From contig CAWGHO010000002.1 in the NCBI GenBank assembly GCA_963822445.1, positions 1,536,001 to 1,600,000 on the forward strand: 64,000 nt of DNA, written 5' to 3'. A program made the translations under genes and the position numbers. Source of the stretch: an uncultured Acidobacteriota bacterium. Its GTDB lineage: Bacteria > Acidobacteriota > Thermoanaerobaculia > Gp7-AA8. Positions 38,365 to 48,171 of the stretch are shown piece after piece. The notes under the pieces are model-generated. The model did not search any database. It saw only the letters and a list, made by a program, of their open reading frames with translations, and was not told the DNA's origin. Positions within the stretch are counted from its first letter, which is position 1. Every line of letters starts with the position of its first letter.

Positions 38365-40596
38365 ATGAAACGGCTGCGCTTATGGCTCACGCTCGTCACC
38401 GCGCTCTCGACTGCGACTGTCGCGACCGCCCTCGATGAAATCACCTTGATCGACCGATCGATACAAAAAGGAACCGTCATCGCAACGTCACCGACGGCGG
38501 TAACACTCGAGGTTAGCGGGAAACGAGTCTCCCTTCCGGTCAACGAAATCGTCGCGATCAGTTATGAACGCGAACCGATCGCGCTCCGGGCCGCGCGCGG
38601 CGCTGCCGGCGCACGACGATATGACGTGGCCCTCCGGCGGCTCGCCACAATCACGCCGAGGGCGGTGAGCCGCGACCTCATCGCGCAGGACGTCGCCTAT
38701 CTCAAGGCGTATGCAGCGGCGAAACTTGCCACGAACGGCGAAGGCGACAAGAACGAAGCGATGGCGACACTCCAGTCGTTCGTGGCGCAGTACAAGAACA
38801 GCTCTCACCAATTCGCCGCGATCGAAACACTCGGTGATCTCGCGGCCGCCAATCGACAGTACGACGCAAGCGCGGGCTACTACAACGCCCTTGCCCGTGC
38901 GCCGTGGCTGTCATACCGGCTGCATGCCGCAGTGCTCGAGGCGCGCTCACTCCACGCCCAGCACAAGTGCGATGAGGCCATCAGGAAATACGACAGCGTC
39001 ATTGCGGCGGAGAAGAGGAACATCCCCGGAGTCGAAGAGCAGCGGGCTCTTGCCGTGATCGGCAAAATGGCCTGTCTCGTCGCAAGCAACGGCTATCCGG
39101 GCAAAGCGATGGTCCCCATCGCGGAACTGCATGTCGCGAGCTACACCTGGACCTACCATGACGGCTGCTGCTGGGAGTTCACACTCGCCCAGCATTGGGG
39201 CATCCCTGGGAACATCATGTACGTCGAGGCGCAGATCACCACGCCAGGCGTAACCCTCACAAACCCCAGCGGCCCAGCAGGCGCCCAGGCGCCGATCGTG
39301 ATGTCGCCAACGTCAGTCAAGTGGCACATGCCCCCACCCGACGGCCTGTGGAATGCACCCCAAATCGTCACCGTGTGTTTCAACAGCAGCGTTCCGCCGG
39401 GCGGCGGCGGCGTCACTTTGACCTTCACGGGCTACGACGGCGCGGGCAATACATATTTGCCGTTGCAGCAAACATCGGAAACAGTGGCGCAGTGGGGTGA
39501 GTGCGACAAGCTGCCCGACCTCTGGATGAAAGACACGATGGCCCCGGATCTCCCTGAAGATTTCGCCTTCGAGCCGAACACCGTGTCGCAGTGGATGTGG
39601 ATCAGCCGCGACATCTGGGTACGGACGAGTCCCGCCACGGCTGGTCCGAGCTCGAATCCAGGTCCGGATACCGCGTTACCAGCCGACGCTGCCTACAGTG
39701 CGGAGCATCAGCACCAGAGCCCCGTGCACATCGACATGAGCACGCCGAGCTTCGTGTATGTGAAAGTGCGCAACCGTGGCAATGAGTGGAGCGGCGGCGG
39801 AGTGCTGCGCGTGTATTGGGCTGATGCGAGCGCCGGGTTGAACTGGCCCGGCACCAACCTGTGGAACGAGATCGATTGCGACTCAACGACCAGCGCGATC
39901 GATCCGTGCGCGCTGCAAAGCATCGCCCCATTGAATGACTACGTCGTGGAACTGCCGTGGATCCCGCCCAACCCGCAACTGTTCGGCGGCAATCGGCACT
40001 TCTGTCTCATCGCGCGTATCGAGACGGTGCCGTGGGGAACGTTCGGTATGACATTCCCCGAAGGCTCGGGTCTCTGGCAAAACGTCGCGGACAACAACAA
40101 CATCGCCTGGAAGAATCTGACCGTCCTCAGCCCGCAGCTGAACACCGCCGGCACCGGGAACGTGATCGTCCGCAATCCGCTCGACCATGCCGTCCCTCTC
40201 ACCTTGCAGTTCGCAGTACCGGCGCGGGAGCGACGCGATCATTTCCTGCGTTACGGAGACATTGTCATCGACCTCGGTGAGGTGCTCATGCAGAAGTGGC
40301 GGGAGACTGGGAAGCGCCCGGCAGGGTTCGAGGTCGTCGGCAAGACCACGATCAGGATCACGGATCCGACCAACGCGCAGCTCAGCGGGCTCCGCTTCCG
40401 CACAGGAGAGCAGCACACCATCGAGGTCCGCATGCAACTCCGGCGCGGTGTCAGGCTGCCAGCAGGCACCACGTTCACCTGGGACCTGATCGAGCTGGCG
40501 CCACTCACAACCGATGCTCGACCGACGGCGATCGGCGGCGAACGGTACACCTTCACGGTGCCCAAGTCTCGTCAAACGCAGGCCGCCCCGGAGTAA
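38365..40596 (+). CDS. Secreted chimeric protein: TPR-like N-terminal region plus protease-accessory-like C-terminal domain
   Basis: AAGGAG RBS, signal peptide; helical TPR-like first ~250 aa; DLWMKD..EPN, SRDIWVR, YVKVRNRG, HFCLIARI, NNNIAWKN. Confidence 0.7.
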   Translation: MKRLRLWLTLVTALSTATVATALDEITLIDRSIQKGTVIATSPTAVTLEVSGKRVSLPVNEIVAISYEREPIALRAARGAAGARRYDVALRRLATITPRAVSRDLIAQDVAYLKAYAAAKLATNGEGDKNEAMATLQSFVAQYKNSSHQFAAIETLGDLAAANRQYDASAGYYNALARAPWLSYRLHAAVLEARSLHAQHKCDEAIRKYDSVIAAEKRNIPGVEEQRALAVIGKMACLVASNGYPGKAMVPIAELHVASYTWTYHDGCCWEFTLAQHWGIPGNIMYVEAQITTPGVTLTNPSGPAGAQAPIVMSPTSVKWHMPPPDGLWNAPQIVTVCFNSSVPPGGGGVTLTFTGYDGAGNTYLPLQQTSETVAQWGECDKLPDLWMKDTMAPDLPEDFAFEPNTVSQWMWISRDIWVRTSPATAGPSSNPGPDTALPADAAYSAEHQHQSPVHIDMSTPSFVYVKVRNRGNEWSGGGVLRVYWADASAGLNWPGTNLWNEIDCDSTTSAIDPCALQSIAPLNDYVVELPWIPPNPQLFGGNRHFCLIARIETVPWGTFGMTFPEGSGLWQNVADNNNIAWKNLTVLSPQLNTAGTGNVIVRNPLDHAVPLTLQFAVPARERRDHFLRYGDIVIDLGEVLMQKWRETGKRPAGFEVVGKTTIRITDPTNAQLSGLRFRTGEQHTIEVRMQLRRGVRLPAGTTFTWDLIELAPLTTDARPTAIGGERYTFTVPKSRQTQAAPE

Positions 40597-40612
40597 CGGA
40601 CGGCGAACCATC

Positions 40613-40649
40613 GCGGGCCGAGTCGGCGAACGCGACCGGGTCGGCCCGC
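40613..40649. terminator. Imperfect GC-rich hairpin between convergent genes
   Basis: GCGGGCCGA...TCGGCCCGC stem with inner GTCG/CGAC; no clear U-tract. Confidence 0.35.
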
Positions 40650-40676
40650 TTCGATCGTTCTGAAGGGAAAGGACTC

Positions 40677-41075
40677 CTATCCCTGGCGATCGAGCCAGGT
40701 CTTGATCCTGGACCAGTACTGATCGCGCCAGTTCTGTTCGGTCTCCGGAATCAAATCCTTCGGAACGCCGCGATGCACCAGCACGAGCTCCGTCCCGCCA
40801 TCAGGCGTCGGCGTCAGCGTGACCGCGGCCATCGAGAAGATGCCCTCCGGGAATCGGCGGTGACGCCAGGCCTGAACGATGCGCCGCCCGGGCACGAGAT
40901 CGACGTTGACTCCGGTGACATCACTCTCACCGATGGAGAAGGTCCCGCCGATCTTCGTGCTGATGTTCGCCGGCCGGCCGGTGAACGCGGCGTGCTTTCG
41001 CGAGTCGGCCAGAAGATCGTAGACCGTAGCCGGATCGGCCTTGAACTTCACGCGCTGTTTGATCGTTTTGCACAT
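40677..41075 (-). CDS. SRPBCC / AHSA1-like protein
   Basis: IKQ.V.F.A.P..VY..L.D...H..FTG, GG.FS, IVQAWR, W...YW..IK. Confidence 0.88.
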   Translation of the reverse strand: MCKTIKQRVKFKADPATVYDLLADSRKHAAFTGRPANISTKIGGTFSIGESDVTGVNVDLVPGRRIVQAWRHRRFPEGIFSMAAVTLTPTPDGGTELVLVHRGVPKDLIPETEQNWRDQYWSRIKTWLDRQG

Positions 41076-41092
41076 GGTTGGGTCGTCGAATA

Positions 41093-43552
41093 TCAGAACC
41101 GGTGTTCGTCTTTGAGGAATGTGCCGGAGAACTGCAGTTCGATGCCTTTGACAGCACCCTGAAGCGCCGCCAGGGCCGCGGGGTCGATGAGGCCATTGGT
41201 CCTCGGCAGTGAGAAATCCCATCCGGCAAACAGCGTCGGCTCGCTGTACTGGCCGCGGAAGTCTTCGGCCACCTTCGCGGGGATGGTAATGGACTCCTCG
41301 CGGCTGCTGTCCGCCAGGACGGGGTTGTAGCGGAAGCTCTGGTTCACCCGCGGACCGATGAAGCGGAACTCTTTCCGCACGTCCTTCTGGTTCGGTACTT
41401 TCTCGAAGCGCTGATCGTAGTAGTTGCCGTCAGTCCGGACGGTGAACTCCATTGAGCTCGGTCGCTTCTCATCGCTCCAGTTGACCCACACCCTGACCTC
41501 GCGCACGCGCACACGCCCAACGTTTCCCAAACCCGCGACCGGGCCGAACTCGGGGGTGAGGCGGAGCGTGAAGCTTCCATCGCGCAGGAAGTCCGTGACG
41601 GCCGTCGCCGGCACCTCGAAGGTTTCGTTTTTCAACTCCTGTGGGGGAGGAGAGAAGCTGTCGAGCGCTCGCTGCACACTCACTTCCATATCGGCGATAT
41701 GGAGCAGGTCCTCAGCGAGATCCGCAATCGACCCGCCCGGCTTGCGTTCCGGGCGCGCGACCGTGAGCGCCCAGTAGCGGTGCGCGGCGTCGAAGTCCTG
41801 CAGGGCCGTGAACACTGCGCGCCTGACCGCACGGTGACGAAGCCAGAGAGCCACAGCCAGTGCCGGGGCGGCCGTCCCGGTCTCGAGTGTTTGAATCTGT
41901 TTGGTGATGGCCGCGCTCTGCTCCTCGGCGAGTTTCGTGAGAAGGGTTGCCTGAGCGAGTTCCTGCGCAATGGGAGTGATGGCGACCTGCGCCGCGGTCA
42001 GCGCGCGTCCGTAGATGATCAATACCCTCAGCTGTTGCCGGTACTCAGTCGCGCCGGGGACGCCCTCGGTGATCGCCGGGTCGAGCGCATCCTCGATCTC
42101 GTTCCGGAACTGCTCCCAGTAGGCGCTCTCCGAGGGTGCGCCGTTGAGGTCCGAGGCGGCCGACTCGCGGCGTACGTCAGCCATGCGGCCAGCGAGCGCT
42201 CCCGCATTGCTGATCTTGCTGGCCTCGGGGAGGATCTCTCGGATCATCTTCACCAGCCTGGCGACGGCCCGGATGATCTTCTCGAGCTTTTTCAACGTCT
42301 CGACGATCTTCACCGCCATCGCGCCGGCCTTGGCGGCTTTTGCAGCCAGGCCCGAGAGGTCCGTCGGTTTACCCGCGAAAATCATGGCCACGCCAACCAC
42401 CGCCGAAAAGACAGCACTGGTAATCGCGAGCTCCGCCTGGCGCTGCTGGCCTCTCCGCCACGCGTCAAGGCCTTCCTGGAACACCCGCTCCGCTTCCTCG
42501 ACGCGTTTGGTCTGCGATTCCATCGAGGTCTGTGCCCTGGTCAGATTGTCGGTCGCGGCTTTGAGGTTCGTCTCCAGGTGTTCGGTAACGAGCCCCTGGA
42601 ACCTCAAGGCTTTGTCCTCCTTCCCGAGCAGAAGAATCGCGGCCTGCTTTCGCTGATTGATATCCGCCGTGCGGTCGATGAACTGGTCGAACTTGTCGGC
42701 GAAAGCCTTGAGTGCCGGTCCGTAGGATCGGGCAACGCTGCCGTAGACATCCTGGGTGAGGCGCGGCACGCGCTCCGATCCCTGGAGTTGCGGCGCGAGC
42801 ATCTCGCGTGTGGCCACGCACTGCGCGAGAACCTGCTGCCACGAAGCCACGCCGGGGTTCAAGGCCACGAGCGTCTCGATGCGGTCCAGGAGGCTGTTGG
42901 CGACGGCCGCGTGGTTGGTGTCGAAGAGCGACTGTGCCGTGAGGAGGAGACGCGCGAGGAACGTCGTACAAGCGTCGAAGCCTGGACCGGAGGTGGGCAG
43001 CGGCAAACTGCGAATGCCGTACCTTTCGACGTCGGGATGGCCGCGCAGGGGGCCGGTAAAATGGAATTCCCTTTGAACGGGCTTTCGAACTTCGTCTTTG
43101 CCCCACCGGAACTCCTGCGGCACTACCTCCCTGCCCTCCCTGCTCCCTCCATTCATGGCGAAATACAACTCTCTGAGGGCCGAGCGTACGGTCCGGCCGA
43201 CGACAGCCATGCGAAAAGTCTCGTCGCCTTGGGGCATGCTCCGTGCGAAGAAGTTCATTTGGTTCAGATCGAAGGTATCGGCGAACAGCAACACGTCGCT
43301 GAAGCCGTCGAGTCGTATCCCGAGGTTGTCCTCGCGACGCTTGATGGTGCTGATCGTGTCGGCCAGGATCAGCAGCTTGCTCGTGCCTGCCGGGCGCTCC
43401 TCCGACAGGTGCGGCAGTCTGACGTGCATACCGGTGATGACCCACCAGTCGTCTACTTTCATTGAACGGCTGAAGGGACCGATGTTGAAGGGGTTGTCGA
43501 TGAGGCCGTCCCAGTCGTCGGGTGTGGTCGGAGGGAAAGGGTGGTTGCTCAT
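41093..43552 (-). CDS. Hypothetical 819-aa protein, candidate alpha-pore-forming toxin (IPD083/PtIP-83-like)
   Basis: AAGGAG RBS; no signal peptide; long heptad-like helices around a hydrophobic hairpin (AELAITSAVFSAVVGVAMIFAG); beta-rich C-terminus ending PTLFAGWDFSLP...IELQFSG. Confidence 0.6.
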   Translation of the reverse strand: MSNHPFPPTTPDDWDGLIDNPFNIGPFSRSMKVDDWWVITGMHVRLPHLSEERPAGTSKLLILADTISTIKRREDNLGIRLDGFSDVLLFADTFDLNQMNFFARSMPQGDETFRMAVVGRTVRSALRELYFAMNGGSREGREVVPQEFRWGKDEVRKPVQREFHFTGPLRGHPDVERYGIRSLPLPTSGPGFDACTTFLARLLLTAQSLFDTNHAAVANSLLDRIETLVALNPGVASWQQVLAQCVATREMLAPQLQGSERVPRLTQDVYGSVARSYGPALKAFADKFDQFIDRTADINQRKQAAILLLGKEDKALRFQGLVTEHLETNLKAATDNLTRAQTSMESQTKRVEEAERVFQEGLDAWRRGQQRQAELAITSAVFSAVVGVAMIFAGKPTDLSGLAAKAAKAGAMAVKIVETLKKLEKIIRAVARLVKMIREILPEASKISNAGALAGRMADVRRESAASDLNGAPSESAYWEQFRNEIEDALDPAITEGVPGATEYRQQLRVLIIYGRALTAAQVAITPIAQELAQATLLTKLAEEQSAAITKQIQTLETGTAAPALAVALWLRHRAVRRAVFTALQDFDAAHRYWALTVARPERKPGGSIADLAEDLLHIADMEVSVQRALDSFSPPPQELKNETFEVPATAVTDFLRDGSFTLRLTPEFGPVAGLGNVGRVRVREVRVWVNWSDEKRPSSMEFTVRTDGNYYDQRFEKVPNQKDVRKEFRFIGPRVNQSFRYNPVLADSSREESITIPAKVAEDFRGQYSEPTLFAGWDFSLPRTNGLIDPAALAALQGAVKGIELQFSGTFLKDEHRF

Positions 43553-43647
43553 GAGGATCTCTCCTTTGAGGCGCGCCACCACCTCTCGTAAGAGGAGGGT
43601 ACGTCGAGTTCGCTTTCCCTACCTCGAAAATCGTTGCAGCCAATCGG

Positions 43648-46274
43648 CTAGTGACGCACTGAATGACGACGGGGAGCGCACTTGCCGGTGCAGTAAATCG
43701 CGACGGACCAGAGCTCCCGTCCGACGGATCTCTCCTCCGCGGAAACATAAAGAATTTTGCCGATGCGGAGAAACTCGGAGGGCAGGGAGCTTCGCGTCCC
43801 TGGATTGAGATCCGCCAGCATCCGCGTCCCTTCCAATGTCCCGTCGCTGGCCCAGGGTTCGATGCCATGAATGGGATCGCTTCCCGGAAAGAACAGCGCG
43901 CCGTCACTGAAGTGGAGAGGTGGAACTGGAGCGGTGCGCCACTGGCCTGAAATCTCCTGCAGAAGAAACGTACCCTCGGCGGTTCCGTCGCTCCGCCAGA
44001 CTTGCCATTGGTTGTCGGTGCTTCCAATCCAGAAGAACAGTCCGTTCCCGACAGTGGCGCCTCGGAACGTCGACTTGACGCGCTCGCGAAGTAGCGTCGT
44101 CCCTTCGGTCGTTCCATCGCTGCGCCACAGTTGCCCGTCGATCATGAGCAGCAGCGTGTCTCCGAGCGCGGCCAGGTTGATCGAATTCACACGGCCCAGG
44201 CTCCGCACGAGAGCACTTTCGCCCGAACTGACGTGCACGCGCCATAGGTCGAGGTCATAGGAAGAAGCGACGACGAAGTAGATCCATGGACCCACACGCG
44301 TGAACGCGCGTGGATATCGCCACGGGCCGATATCGTCATCATTGAAAAGGCGCGTACCTTCGACCGTCCCGTCCGTTCGCCAGACCTGGCTCTCGAGCAG
44401 AACGGGCTCGGGGATGCCGACAGTGAATCCGTCGAGACCGAAGAACGCGTGGTCACCGGCCACGGAGATCGGTTGGGCATCGAGTGCGACCCCCGCCTGT
44501 TTCGGAGCGATCCGCGCGAGCATTCGCGTCCCGCCGCCGGTGCCGTCGCTGAACCAGAGCTCGACAGCCTCGGAATTCACACCGGCCCAGAGGATCCCGT
44601 TGCGGAACGGGACAAGCCGAACATCGCCATCCTCGCTGGCCAGCGGCACCGTTCCCGCGAGCGTCCCATCCGTCCGGTAGAGCTTCGATCCGATGGCTGT
44701 TCGCTTCACGAAGTAATAGAAACCTCCGCTGGCAACGGCATCGGAATTGAACCACCATTCCCCTGAGCTGTCCGGCAACATCGAGGTTCCGGCGGACGTG
44801 CCGTCGCTGATCCACGTCGCATGGGAGCGCGTTCCCTCGGAACCGGTCTGGCTAGCGCGAAAGAACAGCCTGCCGCCGGCGTTCGCGAGCGAGTACGGGG
44901 AGGAGCTCAGCGTAAATCGTGGGGCGATCGTCTTCAGCAACTGCGTTCCAGAAGGCGTACCGTCGCTGATCCAGGGCTCGAGGCCCGCGCCCGTAATGGG
45001 CTCCCGCGCACCGAAAAAGACGCCGTCCGCGCGGGGAATGAACGTGGGGTCCTTGATATGCACGCCGGATGAACCGCCAGCGACGAAGGTCGTTCCCTCC
45101 GGTGTCCCATCCGTCTTCATGAGCTCCCAGCCGGTGGCTGTGACGGAGAAGAAGTAGTACCGATCGCCGACGACAGATCCGCTCGAGGTAGCCTGCGGTG
45201 ACGAGAGCAGCCGCGTGCCGGTGGCCGTTCCGTCCGAGCTCCAGAAGTTCCCCTGACCCTCGATCAACAGTCTCTCGCCGAGCGCCGTCATTCCGAAGAT
45301 GCCCGAGCCGTTCGCCCCTTGAGTGAGGTCAGTGAACAGCGATGTTCCGGTCGCTGTGCCGTCCGAGCGCCACACTTCGGCTCCTGTCGTTCCATCATTC
45401 GCGACGAAGTAGGCGATGCCGCCGGCGACCGTGAACAGGTAGGGTCGTTCGCGAAAACCGTCGCGCAGAACTTGCGTATCGCCCGACTGATGCAACTGGA
45501 GAAGAGTCCATGGTCCGCTTTCCCCGCTCCGGGAAGTGAAGAGGAACCTATCGCCGAGCTGCCCTCCGAAGTAGGCGTCGCCAGAAACGATGAACCGTGT
45601 TCCCTCGGCAGTGCCATCGGTGGCGAAGAAGCCGTACCGCACTCCGTCCCAGGCGTAGAAGAGAACGAGCGGACCGAACTCGCTCAGAACGGTGCCGTGG
45701 AAAAGCGATGACGCCGGGCCGGGGTTGAGATCGGTGATCATTCGCGTGCCCGCCGAAGTTCCGTCCGTTCTCCCGAGCTCGTACCCGGCTTCACGAGTCT
45801 CGGCCCGGAAGTAGAGGACGGAGTCGATGACCGGGCCAAACGTGAAGACGGACGAGGAAGGGCCGCGCTGGAAATCGGCAAGCATTCTCGTCCCGTCCCC
45901 GGTACCGTCGCTTGCCCACAGCTCGATGCCGTGCTCTCCGTCGGACGCCGGGAACAGCACCCGCGAGCCAACCACTGTCGCGGGATAGCGCGAGTACCCC
46001 TCTTTCGGCGAACTGGCAGGGCCGGGGCTGATATCGCGGACCAGTTCCGTCCCACGCTCGGTGCCGTCCGTCTTCCAGAGCTCTCTGCCCACCGCTTCCG
46101 TCGTCGCCCAGAAGAATGTCGTGTTCCCGATCGAGGCCAGACCGAGCGGGTTCGAACCGACGGAGAACGGACGCGGATCGATGTCCTTGATCAGCCGCCC
46201 TGAGAACTGGCAGTCGTGGCCATGGCTGCGGCGAGGACTGCCGCGGTGAGAATGGCCGTTCGCGCTCGGGGCAT
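43648..46274 (-). CDS. ELWxxDGT-repeat secreted protein with a single frameshift at ~46200 after the signal peptide
   Basis: More than 12 (E)(L/P/V)W.(S/T)DGT..GT repeats; signal peptide MPRARTAILTAAVLAAAMATTASSQ from ATG 46274 is one base out of frame with GRLIKDIDP... Confidence 0.85.
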
Positions 46275-46335
46275 CCAGTTATTGTAAGACGACAGCTCCG
46301 CCGCGACGCAACCGGGCGTTGCTATCATCCGCGCC

Positions 46336-48168
46336 ATGCCGCCGCGGGTCGTGGCCATCATCGCCACCTACAACGAAGAGCGTTTCATCGGCGGCTGCCT
46401 GGAGCACCTCTTTGCGCAAGGCGTGGAGGCGTACCTGTGCGACAACGAGTCCACCGACCGGACCGTCGAGATCGCGAAGGCGTACCTCGGCCGCGGACTG
46501 CGCGCAATCGAGACCATCCCGCGCCAGGGCATGTATCGCTGGCAGCAGATCCTCCGCCGGAAAGCGCAACTGGCCGAAGAGCTCGACGCCGACTGGTTCC
46601 TCCATCTCGATCCCGACGAGTTCCCGCAGCCGTGGCGCGCGGGCCAGACGCTGGCAGAGGCGCTGGGCGAGGCGGATGCGGCCGGATACAACGCCGTGGA
46701 GTTCGACGAGATCGTCTTCGTGGCCACGCGCGAGGCGCCGGATCACGACGGACCGAACTTCCGCGAGACCATGCACTGGTACTACCCATTCATGCCGGCT
46801 CCGCTGCATCGTGTGATCGCCTGGAAGCGGCAACCGCGGGTGGACCTGGTTTCCACGGCAGGGCATAAGGTGCAATTTCGCGGAAGGCGAATTTCACCGG
46901 AGCGCCTCTTTTTCCGCCACTACTTGATCCTCAGTCGCGAGCACATGATCCGCAAATATGTGGGGCGTCCATACGATCCGGACGAGGTGCGGAAAGGGTG
47001 GCACGGATGGCGGAACCGGCTCACGCCCGACCAGGTCCACCTCCCGGCAGAGGTGCAGATGCGCTTAACCGCCGGAGACGCGGACCTCGACGCATCGTTG
47101 CCGCGCGACCGGCATTTCATCGAGTGGCGGCCCATACACGATCCGCCGATGGTCCTCTGTATCGTGAATCGTCCCGGTTGGGCGCACGACCACAAGACGC
47201 GCGCACTCACCGCCGCACTGGACGGCTCTTACAGGCTGGTGACGCGATATCAGTCAGAAGTGACGGAGGCGGAGATCGAAGAGGCCGATCTCGTCCTCGT
47301 CTACTTCTGGCTTCAGGTCGACGGCATGCCTCACCTGCGGCGCGTCTTCGAGCGCGTGCGCGACCGGCTGTTGATCGGCGCCAGCAGTGAGTACGAGCTC
47401 GGTGGCGCGTGGCGCCGGCCGGGCCTGAAGATGCTGGCGCGCCTGCCACGCGCGGTGTTCGCCAACAATCTCCGCCTCACAAAGCAGCTCGAGGCCGTCC
47501 TCGGACGCCGCGTCTTCTACACGCCAAACGGCGTCGACACGAGCTTCTTCCGGCCGCCCGCCGCGCCGCCCCATCCTGTCCCGTTGCGCGTCGGGTGGGC
47601 GGGGAGCCTGACAAATCACACGCCGGAGCATCGCGGCGTGCACCTCATCGCGGACGCCGTGGCCGCCGTCGAAGGCGCGGAGCTCTGCCTCGGCGCGCGC
47701 GAGCATCACTGGCGCAACCCCGAGGAGATGCGCGAGTTCTACCAGTCCCTGCATGTCTACGTCTGCGCCAGTCGCAGCGAGGGCACGCCCAACGGGTGCC
47801 TCGAGGCGGCCGCGTGCGGCGTGCCGGTGGTGACGACCGCGGTCGGCAACATGCCGGAGTTCATTCGCGATGGCGAAAATGGTCTGTTCGTCACGCGCGA
47901 CGTTGACGACATCGCCGCAAAACTACGACGGCTGCGCGACGATCCCGGGCTCCGCGAGCAGATGGGCCGGGCCGCGCGCACAGCGGCGGAGACGTGGGAC
48001 TGGCGACATCACGCGCCCCGCTACGCCGAAATGTTCGAGGCCCTGCTCGGTGGGCGAGTCCCGCTTCCGAAGCGTAGTGCAGCGCAGCGCGCGGCCTATG
48101 CGGTCACCCGTTCCCGGGTCTGGCGCGCCGGCTCGCGCGTCGCCTCCTTGTGGCGCCGCTTCACGTAG
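46336..48168 (+). CDS. Bifunctional glycosyltransferase (GT2-like plus GT4)
   Basis: ATYNEE, DNESTD.T, HLDPDE (GT-A); PNGVD..FF.P, SRSEGTPN..LEAAACGVPVV, G.NGL (GT-B). Confidence 0.9.
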   Translation: MPPRVVAIIATYNEERFIGGCLEHLFAQGVEAYLCDNESTDRTVEIAKAYLGRGLRAIETIPRQGMYRWQQILRRKAQLAEELDADWFLHLDPDEFPQPWRAGQTLAEALGEADAAGYNAVEFDEIVFVATREAPDHDGPNFRETMHWYYPFMPAPLHRVIAWKRQPRVDLVSTAGHKVQFRGRRISPERLFFRHYLILSREHMIRKYVGRPYDPDEVRKGWHGWRNRLTPDQVHLPAEVQMRLTAGDADLDASLPRDRHFIEWRPIHDPPMVLCIVNRPGWAHDHKTRALTAALDGSYRLVTRYQSEVTEAEIEEADLVLVYFWLQVDGMPHLRRVFERVRDRLLIGASSEYELGGAWRRPGLKMLARLPRAVFANNLRLTKQLEAVLGRRVFYTPNGVDTSFFRPPAAPPHPVPLRVGWAGSLTNHTPEHRGVHLIADAVAAVEGAELCLGAREHHWRNPEEMREFYQSLHVYVCASRSEGTPNGCLEAAACGVPVVTTAVGNMPEFIRDGENGLFVTRDVDDIAAKLRRLRDDPGLREQMGRAARTAAETWDWRHHAPRYAEMFEALLGGRVPLPKRSAAQRAAYAVTRSRVWRAGSRVASLWRRFT

Positions 48169-48171
48169 CTC

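Noticed and set aside
41699-44117. Long alternative ORFs (588 aa +, 550 aa -) over the toxin-like gene
   Set aside because: Arg/Pro/Gly-rich shadow frames with no motifs; the 819-aa frame has an RBS and protein-like composition
43800-46100. Recurring CCGTCGCT/CCGTCCGT DNA motifs as a repeat element
   Set aside because: Explained by the encoded ELWxxDGT protein repeats
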